A stretch of 38,547 bases of DNA from Nitrospiraceae bacterium. GTDB lineage: Bacteria; Nitrospirota; Nitrospiria; Nitrospirales; Nitrospiraceae. This document shows, piece after piece, positions 1 through 6,672 of this stretch (position 1 is the first letter of the stretch; the number at the start of each line of letters is the position of its first letter). The translations under genes were made by a program, and so were the position numbers. Under the pieces are notes generated by a model that had not been told where the DNA came from, ran no database searches, and worked only from the letters and a program-made list of their open reading frames with translations. The stretch covers positions 1 through 38,547 of the forward strand of contig JAICXS010000001.1 of assembly GCA_025934615.1 (NCBI GenBank). Reading direction: 5' to 3'.

Positions 1-141
1 CAAGGCGATGGAGGACGCAGTAAAGGATCGAAGATAACGATGGCAAAACTACCTCGACACGGATCAGAACATTTACAGTTTACACGCTCAGAAATATTGG
101 GATGACGGACGCGGACCAAGAATTGAAGTGAGCTTGGAGGA
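1..141. repeat. Terminal overlap: bases 1-141 are identical to 38407-38547 (closure of a circular contig; unique length 38406 bp)
   Basis: Compared both ends base by base and found no mismatch. Bases 1-37 repeat the last codons and stop of the HNH gene. Confidence 0.95.
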
Positions 142-151
142 ATGCGCATGA
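53..151 (+). pseudogene. 3-prime remnant of a second rusA-like gene (last ~32 codons plus stop), directly behind and in frame with the HNH gene stop
   Basis: Translates to LDTDQNIYSLHAQKYWDDGRGPRIEVSLEECA*. The intact RusA C-terminus at 37026-37124 reads LDTDQNIYSVHAQKYWDDGRGPRIEVSLEECA*. Hand alignment gives about 8 mismatches in about 99 nt. No upstream rusA body is present. Confidence 0.7.
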
Positions 152-342
152 CAGACAGACAAGTGCTGCGACTGTTGGAGCGGAGGATTCATGAGGCTGG
201 CTCTCAACTCAACTTCTCACGACAACACAATCTCTCCCCGCAATTTGTGGGAGACGTGCGTCGGCGACGACGAGGGCTCTCCACGCGCATGCTCGAAGCC
301 TTGGGATTGATCGCGATGATCCATTACCAGGAGAGAAAATGA
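142..342 (+). CDS. Small HTH-like DNA-binding protein (66 aa), function unknown
   Basis: The segment SQLNFSRQHNLSPQFVGDVRRRRRGLSTRMLEALGL resembles Cro/YdaS-type HTH proteins. The start overlaps the rusA-remnant stop (ATGCGCATGA), and its stop overlaps the methyltransferase ATG. Confidence 0.5.
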   Translation: MRMTDRQVLRLLERRIHEAGSQLNFSRQHNLSPQFVGDVRRRRRGLSTRMLEALGLIAMIHYQERK

Positions 343-1001
343 GCCTGCCGCCTCCCTATTACGAGGAGCCCGGCATTACGATCTATCACGGAGATTGCCG
401 GGAGATCCTGCCGCACGTACCGAAGGTTGATCTCGTGGTGACCGATCCGCCCTATGGGATTGGAATATCCAACAAGAAATTAGGTGAAGGGCGTAGTACA
501 GGCGTTGCCTCCACATCGATGATTTATGGCGAATGGGACCGTAAACGGTCTGAAGCATCAATCATTCGGATGGTCAGAGCGATATCACATCATCAGATTA
601 TCTGGGGAGGTAATTATTATGCAGACCTTCTCCCCCCTACTCAGTGCTGGCTCGTATGGGATAAGCGAGATGGCCTCCCGAAAAAGTCGTACGCCGACTG
701 TGAATTAGCATGGACATCATTCGATAAGGCGTCACGGCTGCATGCGCATCGTTGGGATGGGTTCATTCGTGCGGGTGGAGAAGAGCGAAATGGGCATCCG
801 ACGCAGAAGCCACTCAATCTCATCAAGTGGTGTATCGATCAGTGCGTAGAATCTTCATCCATCCTGGATCCCTTTATGGGATCCGGCACGACCTTGCGAG
901 CGGCGAAAGATCTGGGCAGGAAATGTATCGGGATCGAGATGGAAGAGAAGTATTGCGAAATCGCAGTCGCCCGCCTCAGGCAAGAAGTATTGAGTTTGTA
1001 A
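339..1001 (+). CDS. DNA methyltransferase, beta-class N6-adenine/N4-cytosine family (orphan)
   Basis: 220 aa. TDPPYG (DPPY catalytic motif) lies near the N-terminus and DPFMGSGTT (AdoMet-binding FxGxG) near the C-terminus, which is the motif order of PF01555-type enzymes. No restriction partner is in the window. Confidence 0.9.
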   Translation: MSLPPPYYEEPGITIYHGDCREILPHVPKVDLVVTDPPYGIGISNKKLGEGRSTGVASTSMIYGEWDRKRSEASIIRMVRAISHHQIIWGGNYYADLLPPTQCWLVWDKRDGLPKKSYADCELAWTSFDKASRLHAHRWDGFIRAGGEERNGHPTQKPLNLIKWCIDQCVESSSILDPFMGSGTTLRAAKDLGRKCIGIEMEEKYCEIAVARLRQEVLSL

Positions 1002-1033
1002 GTCCGGCAGTAAAAGAGGGAGTGTCACGATCC

Positions 1034-1831
1034 ATGGCCAAGTTACCCTATATGCAATTTTATCCAGCAGACTATCAGGCGGATGTCCGGTGCCTCTCGA
1101 TGGCCACTCGTGGGGCCTGGATGGAAATCCTCTGCGTGTTGTGGAGAGCGCCGAAGCGCGGACAACGGACCTTGAGTCTTTCGGAATGGTCGCGGGAGTT
1201 GGGCTGTCCTGAAAGTGAGGTCTCGCTCTACTTGACCGATCTCGCGCACCATAAAGTTGGAAAAATCTCACGAGAACTCGTTGAAAACGTCGAGCAAATC
1301 ACCATCGTGTCGAAGCGGATCATGCGCGAGAAGATGAAGCAAATGCTTGCGTTAAAACGGAAGCAAAAACAACGCGATACGTCAATGTCACGCGCTGGTC
1401 ACACATTTGTCACAGCGTTGTCCCATCAATGTCACGCCGAAGAATCAGAATCAGAATCAGAATCAGAAGAAGAGTTAAGAAAGAAAGAAACTACACTGTC
1501 GAGTTCGCCGAAACCCGAACTCGACGACGGGTCGCGGGGTGGGGTGATCTCGACACGGAATTATCGAGCGGAGGCGCGGGAGGTCTTGGAATTTCTAAAT
1601 GCGAAAACCGGCAAACATTTTCGTCCGGTCGAGACTACGATTGCCGCGATTGCGGCCCGGCTGAAGGGTCAGAGCGCCGAGACGGCAGTCGATGTGCAGA
1701 CGTGTAAATCGCTGATTGCCAAAAAGGCCCGTGACTGGTTGCCGGATGACAAAATGCGGGGATTTTTACGACCGGAAACGTTATTTAACCGCACGAAATT
1801 CGAGAGTTATCTCGGGGAGGTCAGCGCATGA
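1034..1831 (+). CDS. Replication-associated protein: DUF1376/YdaU-like N-domain plus conserved phage replication C-terminal domain (DnaD/O-like)
   Basis: The N-terminus MQFYPADYQADVRCLSMATRGAWMEILCVLW fits the DUF1376 pattern. The C-terminus REVLEFLNAKTGKHFRP...FLRPETLFNRTKFESYL fits the conserved phage C-terminal replication domain (from memory). The start was moved to ATG 1034, after the methyltransferase stop, within track ORF 752..1831. Confidence 0.75.
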   Translation: MAKLPYMQFYPADYQADVRCLSMATRGAWMEILCVLWRAPKRGQRTLSLSEWSRELGCPESEVSLYLTDLAHHKVGKISRELVENVEQITIVSKRIMREKMKQMLALKRKQKQRDTSMSRAGHTFVTALSHQCHAEESESESESEEELRKKETTLSSSPKPELDDGSRGGVISTRNYRAEAREVLEFLNAKTGKHFRPVETTIAAIAARLKGQSAETAVDVQTCKSLIAKKARDWLPDDKMRGFLRPETLFNRTKFESYLGEVSA

Positions 1832-2331
1832 GATGCCCGGAATGCGATCGTCACTTGTCCCTCGACGCCGTTGCCTGCGCTTGCGGATGGCAGTCCCCCA
1901 CGCTCGTTGTAGCGACAGACTGGCTCGATCAGCCCTGCTCGATGCCTGGCTGTACGGTCGTGATTCGCTCACGCGCCGGGAGTCAGAGCCCGATCGCTCC
2001 GATCTGCAAGTGGTGCGAGCAGGACACCGCGCACTACCGCAGCGCGGAAAGTCGTCCGCATCCGCATATCGGTCCGGTCATGACGCGGGAGGAATTCGGC
2101 CTGGATTTGTCGGCAGCCATCCGATTGCACGCGAGCGCGTCGATGGCGAGGCAGAATGCGGACCGATTACGAGCGCTCGGCTATGTGGAGGCTGCCGAGG
2201 AGGCTGAGCAGAGTGCGAGCCACGACGAGAGGCAGCTAGGGAGGGTGCTGGATGCGGGGAACGTGACGCCTGGCGATCTCCGGCGATTGCTGGAAATTTC
2301 CGCACAGCCGTTGCGGGAGAGAGTCGGATAA
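1828..2331 (+). CDS. Hypothetical protein with N-terminal Cys-rich (zinc-ribbon-like) region
   Basis: 167 aa with CPEC...CAC...C...C..C motifs. ATGA overlap with the upstream gene. Confidence 0.6.
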   Translation: MRCPECDRHLSLDAVACACGWQSPTLVVATDWLDQPCSMPGCTVVIRSRAGSQSPIAPICKWCEQDTAHYRSAESRPHPHIGPVMTREEFGLDLSAAIRLHASASMARQNADRLRALGYVEAAEEAEQSASHDERQLGRVLDAGNVTPGDLRRLLEISAQPLRERVG

Positions 2332-2506
2332 ATACCATCATTTTAACTTTTAAGGAGGATGCCATTCATACGGTCAGATGGTGCGCACGGCTCGGACTGA
2401 TTACGGCAGTGCGAGATCGGAACGGCTGGCGATGGTTTGATGACGAGGCCGTGAAAACGCTGCAGGAACTGTATCGCCGGAATGAGAGTATTTCCACTAA
2501 GGAGAC

Positions 2507-2746
2507 ATGATGAAACGAATGAGCATCCTGATGATAGGAGCCGTCATGGCGATCGGGGCCGCTGCCCTCTACGATGCGACGATGCGGGATCGGGCCGCCG
2601 ATGCCGCACAAGCGGCCCAGATCCACTATTGCCAGCAGATCAATGCCATAGTGATTGCGGAGTTTGATGAGATTGTGGCGAGCGGGAAATTCCCCACGGA
2701 TGGGCAGCAAGATCGATGGAGGCAGTTAAGCCAAGGCTGTGAATAG
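2507..2746 (+). CDS. Small exported or membrane protein (79 aa)
   Basis: Good SD (AAGGAGA) before ATG 2507. Hydrophobic N-terminus MMKRMSILMIGAVMAIGAAALY. Confidence 0.6.
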   Translation: MMKRMSILMIGAVMAIGAAALYDATMRDRAADAAQAAQIHYCQQINAIVIAEFDEIVASGKFPTDGQQDRWRQLSQGCE

Positions 2747-2784
2747 GTATTCTCCCCTACGGAAACAAAGATTTTCAGGGCCCC

Positions 2785-2813
2785 TTGACATGTTGCCGCT
2801 GGCAACGTATACT
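2785..2813 (+). promoter_or_regulatory. Sigma70-type promoter TTGACA-17 nt-TATACT with a palindromic operator-like spacer (TGTTGC cgctg GCAACG)
   Basis: TTGACA at 2785-2790, TATACT at 2808-2813, inverted repeat at 2791-2807. It sits in a 150-nt intergenic gap. An ATG lies exactly 6 nt after the -10. Confidence 0.6.
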
Positions 2814-2819
2814 CCCATC

Positions 2820-3200
2820 ATGATGATGAGGCACACAGAGCTAGGCAGCGCGATCCCGACGAGCCACGCTCTTCATGAATCGGGAGAGGAGAATGACATG
2901 ACAACCCAAAATAATCAGCTCCCCACATCTACCGGCCCGATCGTGCGGACCCGAGACTGCTCTTTTGATATTTGGGATACCTGCGAGACGCTGCGTATCT
3001 ATGCCGATCGTACCGTGTATCGTCAGCCATGCCGTAATTACTCTGGATCTAATAATTGGGGGCTCGGGCATAGTGTGAGCAGGTATACCGGCAATCTGCA
3101 TAAGCAGTTACTCGCGATTTTGGAGCAAGAGATACAGGATGATGAGGATTATACCGATCGGCTGTTTTTGGCCGTGCTTCAGGATAACAATAGCTGGTAG
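2820..3200 (+). CDS. Hypothetical small protein with acidic C-terminus (126 aa if leaderless from ATG 2820; 100 aa from ATG 2898)
   Basis: In frame with track ORF 2739..3200, whose GTG start lies upstream of the promoter. ATG 2820 coincides with the predicted transcription start. ATG 2898 has the SD GGAGAGGAG. The C-terminus reads EQEIQDDEDYTDRLF. Confidence 0.6.
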   Translation: MMMRHTELGSAIPTSHALHESGEENDMTTQNNQLPTSTGPIVRTRDCSFDIWDTCETLRIYADRTVYRQPCRNYSGSNNWGLGHSVSRYTGNLHKQLLAILEQEIQDDEDYTDRLFLAVLQDNNSW

Positions 3201-3353
3201 TACATACAAGATAACAAGGAGACATCTCTCATTTGCCAGCCGTGAGGCGGTCCTACTCTTGCGGGAGTCGGGTCTCCATTTCAGGATCCGCCTGGCCTCG
3301 GCACCCAGGCGGCTCCTCGAAGAGGCGATCATACAAATTGAGGAGCACACGCC

Positions 3354-3581
3354 ATGACCCCGCGTGAGATGATCCAGCTCCGTGCGTCCCTCGGGTGGTC
3401 GCAAAATCGATTAGCGCAGGCGCTCGGCGTCCACCGCTCGACGGTGCATCGGTGGGAGCAGGGCACGCGGGGGATTCCGCGCATGGCGGACAAACTGGTA
3501 ACAATGCTAGGATTACGACATGGCCCGACGACGGAACAAAGCCGGAAAGCGCAACCGCGAGCGCGAGCGAAAAACCGCTGA
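3354..3581 (+). CDS. XRE/Cro-family helix-turn-helix regulator (75 aa)
   Basis: LRASLGWSQNRLAQALGVHRSTVHRWEQGTRGIP is a textbook HTH_3 pattern. Confidence 0.85.
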   Translation: MTPREMIQLRASLGWSQNRLAQALGVHRSTVHRWEQGTRGIPRMADKLVTMLGLRHGPTTEQSRKAQPRARAKNR

Positions 3582-4311
3582 GTACCTCGCGCAAGGGTTG
3601 GCGCAGCATCAGGCGATGATTAAGGCCGGCTATAGTCCGGAGTATGCCATCTCTAAAGGCTATAAGGTAGTCAAGCGCCCGTATATTCAATCGATATTTA
3701 CAGAGGCGTGTGAACGTATTCTCGCGAAGCGGAAGTTGAAAATGGAAGCATTGATTGAACCATACTTTGAGGGATTGCACGCTCCACTTGTGGTGAAATC
3801 CACGACGGAAGGCATTGCGTGTATTGCTACCGATCCCGAGACGCAGGAGGTGATCCCGGATCATGAGATCCGCATGAAAGCGGCGGATCGGTTGGTGGAC
3901 TTATTCGGCGGGAAGGCGAAGCTGGACGATCAGGAAGAAGATCGGGGACCGCAACGGATTTTCATTCGGAAATGGGTGACGAAGGAGGAGCAGCATGTTC
4001 ATCTTCATACTCATCATATTACTGGGATTTCCCCTGGCAGTGCAGGCGATGGATCAGGAGACGTACAATCAGCTCCACGACGATCTGCTAAGTACGATCC
4101 AGGAGCATCGGCAACAGCACGAGGCGGACATGGAGAGAGCGTACCAGCGGAGGCGGGAACGGCAGAGCACTCAGCAGCAGCAGGATCTGCTGCAGCAGCT
4201 CCAGCGCAATCAACTAAACCAATCGTCCGGCGCGTGTCGCGGCCTGTGGGTCGGCGGACGATACTGCCAGACTTGCACGGCCCCGAACGGCCATCAACAG
4301 ACGATTTGTAA
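3520..4311 (+). CDS. terS: Terminase small subunit; the last ~105 codons look non-coding in character and overlap another ORF
   Basis: The N-terminal part KTAEYLAQGLAQHQAMIKAGYSPEYAISKGYKVVKRPYIQ fits Terminase_2-type small subunits and lies just upstream of terL. The tail after about residue 160 is low-complexity Ala/Gly/Ser. Confidence 0.7.
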   Translation: MARRRNKAGKRNRERERKTAEYLAQGLAQHQAMIKAGYSPEYAISKGYKVVKRPYIQSIFTEACERILAKRKLKMEALIEPYFEGLHAPLVVKSTTEGIACIATDPETQEVIPDHEIRMKAADRLVDLFGGKAKLDDQEEDRGPQRIFIRKWVTKEEQHVHLHTHHITGISPGSAGDGSGDVQSAPRRSAKYDPGASATARGGHGESVPAEAGTAEHSAAAGSAAAAPAQSTKPIVRRVSRPVGRRTILPDLHGPERPSTDDL

Positions 4312-4315
4312 CTAA
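3995..4315 (+). CDS. Exported Gln-rich protein with Cys-rich C-terminus (106 aa), overprinted on the terS 3-prime region
   Basis: SD AAGGAGG lies upstream. Signal-peptide-like N-terminus MFIFILIILLGFPLAVQA|MD. Codon third positions are mostly G/C in this frame. The C-terminus reads CRGLWVGGRYCQTCTAPNGHQQTIC. Confidence 0.6.
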   Translation: MFIFILIILLGFPLAVQAMDQETYNQLHDDLLSTIQEHRQQHEADMERAYQRRRERQSTQQQQDLLQQLQRNQLNQSSGACRGLWVGGRYCQTCTAPNGHQQTICN

Positions 4316-4410
4316 TGATGCGAGTATATATTGAAATCCACGTAGTGAGGTGGAGACCATGGTATCGGCGCTTCAATGCCATCTTTGCCCGGGCGACGCG
4401 ACGGCTTGAG

Positions 4411-4445
4411 ATTGTCATCATTGATTATTGATGAGCACACAGAAC
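4411..4445 (+). repeat. Copy 1 of a ~35-nt repeat (ATTGTCAT...TATTGATGAGCACACAGA)
   Basis: Matches 4621-4655 at about 29 of 35 positions. The exact 13-mer ATGAGCACACAGA is at 4431-4443 and at 4641-4653, 210 nt apart. Confidence 0.85.
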
Positions 4446-4471
4446 GGGATAGGGCAGACGAGAGGTGAGGC

Positions 4472-4630
4472 ATGACGGACAAGACGAACGAAACAGCAGA
4501 AGATCATAAGAAAACGTGTGATATGTGTCAGCAGTATCCAGCCAACACTTTTAGCATTGATTGTGTTGAGAATTTCTCGTTACAGCAGCATTATCCCAAA
4601 CTGTATGCAGCTGTGTTGATATTGTCATGA
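4472..4630 (+). CDS. Mini-ORF (52 aa), Cys-containing, unknown function
   Basis: Below the track cutoff. SD GAGGTGAGG precedes ATG 4472. Sequence MTDKTNETAEDHKKTCDMCQQYPANTF...; it ends inside the ATTGTCAT repeat. Confidence 0.4.
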   Translation: MTDKTNETAEDHKKTCDMCQQYPANTFSIDCVENFSLQQHYPKLYAAVLILS

Positions 4631-4655
4631 TCGGCTATTAATGAGCACACAGATG
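4621..4655 (+). repeat. Copy 2 of the ~35-nt repeat; it continues into a duplicate of the terL 5-prime end
   Basis: 4641-4670 (ATGAGCACACAGATGCCTGATGAGCCCTGC) resembles 4838-4868 at the terL start (AGAGCACAGACATGCCTGATGAGCCCCGC). Confidence 0.85.
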
Positions 4656-4688
4656 CCTGATGAGCCCTGCATGATGAGGAAATGAGGC

Positions 4689-4856
4689 ATGAGCAATACG
4701 AGTGAGTTGAGGCAATGGGTACTGGATGAGATAGAAAGACATAGGCTCATATATCATCGTATCCAGTATATCTGTCAGGGATGTAAAATAACATTCCCCA
4801 GATACGACAAACGTCTACGCTATTGCGATGTATGCAGAGAGCACAGACATGCCTGA
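4689..4856 (+). CDS. Mini-ORF (55 aa), zinc-ribbon-like (CQGC...CDVC)
   Basis: Below the track cutoff. Upstream sequence is GAGGAAATGAGGC. Sequence MSNTSELRQWVLDEIERHRLIYHRIQYICQGCKITFPRYDKRLRYCDVCREHRHA. It overlaps the terL 5-prime end. Confidence 0.45.
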   Translation: MSNTSELRQWVLDEIERHRLIYHRIQYICQGCKITFPRYDKRLRYCDVCREHRHA

Positions 4857-6252
4857 TGAGCCCCGCGAGGGCGATCTGGTCTATCCGCCGCTCACCTGGA
4901 ATCCTCGTCCGGATCAGATGGCGGTCTGGGATGATCTGCAACGGCATGTCCCCAACATCCTCGTTGTGGCGCATCGGCGCTGGGGCAAGGACGAATTGTT
5001 CCTGACCGATTGTGCCCTCCATGCGATGGAGGAGCCTGCGAATTACTGGTATATGTTGCCGGAGGCGGCGCATGTTCGGCGCTCCATCTGGGAAGCCATC
5101 AATCCGAAGACGCAACTGCGGCGGATCGATGAACTCTTTCCGATCGCGATTCGCAGCGGCAAAATACGGGAAAATGAAATGGTGATTCCCATCGCCTGCG
5201 CCGACGGGAAAGAATCGCTGGTGCAATTCCTCGGCAGCGATACCTACAACAAGAATGTCGGCGGCTCGCCGAAAGGCGTGTATTTATCCGAATGGGCGCT
5301 CTGCGATCCGAAAGCCTTGGGCTATTTGCGTCCCATCGTCGGCGAAAATCATGGCTTTCTGAGATGTTTCACGACCGCACGCGGCAAAAATCACGTCTAC
5401 ACCATGATGCAGGAGAATGACGGCAAGCCGGACTGGGCCGTGCATGTCCTGCCGAATTCCCATACTCATGTCTTTTCCGAGCCGCAACTGCGGTCCTTTC
5501 TTGAAGAGAATATCCAGCTCTATGGGGCCGAAGTCGGGCAAGCCTTGACCGAGCAAGAGTATGAATGCTCCTTTGATCAGATTGTGCCGGGGTCGTTCTA
5601 TCTCGACTTGCTCCTCAAAGCCGAACGCGAAGGGCGCATGCTGAACCTCGCGCCCCGGCGAGACTTGCCTGTCTATGCGGCCTTCGACATCGGCTTCACG
5701 GACCCCACCGCCATCTGGTACGTGCAAGTGAAAGAGGATGGATGGATCGATGTGATTGACTATGATGAATTCGCCCGCGCCTCCATTCCGGAAATGATTC
5801 CCGACATCAAGGGAAAATCCTGGTATTATGCCGCGCTGCTGCTGCCGCACGACGGGCCGCACCATGAAGTGACGAGCGGCACGACGACGGAACGCATTCT
5901 AACGGCGGCAGGGTTCGCGGTGCAGATCATGCCGCGCACCGACGATGCCACTCAAATCCCGAGCGTGCGCACGCTACTGCCGCGCTGTCGTTTTGCGCAG
6001 ACGCCCACGGTGCAACGAGGCCTCGAATGCTTACGGCATTATCACAACAAGGCCAAGACCGACGGCGGGAAAGTCTCGTGGAGTCCGAAGCCGGTGCACG
6101 ATTGGAGCAGCCATGGAGCCAAAGCGTTTGCGACGCTCGCCTATTTCGCGCCAGAGTTACGAAGCGGCGTGCAGCCGCCGAAGAAAGCTGTCAAGGATAT
6201 CTTTGAGCGAGATCAGAGCAGTGCGTTTGAGGGGGGAGGCTGGATGCGATGA
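4828..6252 (+). CDS. terL: Terminase large subunit
   Basis: 474 aa. Walker-A-like region VVAHRRWGKDE and a C-terminal nuclease-like region. Position between terS and portal. ATG 4849 is an alternative start. Confidence 0.9.
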   Translation: MYAESTDMPDEPREGDLVYPPLTWNPRPDQMAVWDDLQRHVPNILVVAHRRWGKDELFLTDCALHAMEEPANYWYMLPEAAHVRRSIWEAINPKTQLRRIDELFPIAIRSGKIRENEMVIPIACADGKESLVQFLGSDTYNKNVGGSPKGVYLSEWALCDPKALGYLRPIVGENHGFLRCFTTARGKNHVYTMMQENDGKPDWAVHVLPNSHTHVFSEPQLRSFLEENIQLYGAEVGQALTEQEYECSFDQIVPGSFYLDLLLKAEREGRMLNLAPRRDLPVYAAFDIGFTDPTAIWYVQVKEDGWIDVIDYDEFARASIPEMIPDIKGKSWYYAALLLPHDGPHHEVTSGTTTERILTAAGFAVQIMPRTDDATQIPSVRTLLPRCRFAQTPTVQRGLECLRHYHNKAKTDGGKVSWSPKPVHDWSSHGAKAFATLAYFAPELRSGVQPPKKAVKDIFERDQSSAFEGGGWMR

Positions 6253-6416
6253 GTCAGGAAGAGACTGACTGCCAGAAGATCTCGACCCAATTACACGCAT
6301 TTGAGCAAGAATTACCAGTGGATTGCGTCGCATTCCATTTTAAGTTGACTGAGGTATTTGCGAATCCTGTAGTCAGAATGCTCTTAGGCTCCTTCAACGA
6401 AAGTGAACGGAAATAA
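6249..6416 (+). CDS. Possible 55-aa ORF coupled to the terL stop
   Basis: ATGA overlap with the terL stop. Sequence MSQEETDCQKISTQLHAFEQELPVDCVAFHFKLTEVFANPVVRMLLGSFNESERK. AT-richer segment; no homology recognised. Confidence 0.35.
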   Translation: MSQEETDCQKISTQLHAFEQELPVDCVAFHFKLTEVFANPVVRMLLGSFNESERK

Positions 6417-6438
6417 ATGGACCAGGAGGCTGGATGCC

Positions 6439-6630
6439 ATGACTGAGAGAGATACGTTCATCTTGTTGAGAAAATACATGAAATACGTGCAATGCATGCA
6501 GGGGAACACCTTTATTCCTCCTGTCAAGACCGACTATATTTTGACGAGATTTGGCTTTACAAAAAGGGAGCAAGCGATCCTGAACCGGATGGACGAAGCA
6601 ATCCAACAGGAAGTTGACAATAGTGTGTAG
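6439..6630 (+). CDS. Hypothetical protein (63 aa)
   Basis: SD AGGAGG lies 10 nt before ATG 6439, inside track ORF 6403..6630. Confidence 0.5.
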   Translation: MTERDTFILLRKYMKYVQCMQGNTFIPPVKTDYILTRFGFTKREQAILNRMDEAIQQEVDNSV

Positions 6631-6642
6631 TTTGGGTAACAT
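6614..6642 (+). promoter_or_regulatory. Candidate promoter TTGACA-17 nt-TAACAT upstream of the portal gene
   Basis: TTGACA at 6614-6619, TAACAT at 6637-6642. It overlaps the end of the preceding small ORF. Confidence 0.35.
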
Positions 6643-6672
6643 TCCTGAACTTTTGTTACGAAAAGGTAACGA

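Noticed and set aside
1-141. A biological direct terminal repeat of the virion DNA.
   Set aside because: The exact length of 141 nt and the position inside a gene (HNH 3-prime end plus rusA remnant) fit an assembler k-mer overlap of a circular molecule better than a DTR. This cannot be fully excluded without read-end data.
2366-2710. The - strand 114-aa ORF opposite the small exported-protein gene.
   Set aside because: It has no SD and a junk-like composition. It overlaps the + strand ORF 2507..2746, which has a strong SD and a signal-like N-terminus.
4853-4877. Hammerhead-ribozyme-like string CUGAUGAG-CCC-cgcga-GGG-CGAUC at the terL start, with a second CUGAUGAG at 4657-4664.
   Set aside because: The core after stem II reads GAU-C instead of the invariant GAA-A. 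No stem I/III partners or cleavage-site context are evident. The upstream copy has no stem II at all. The string is explained by the codons for P-D-E-P-R-E-G-D.
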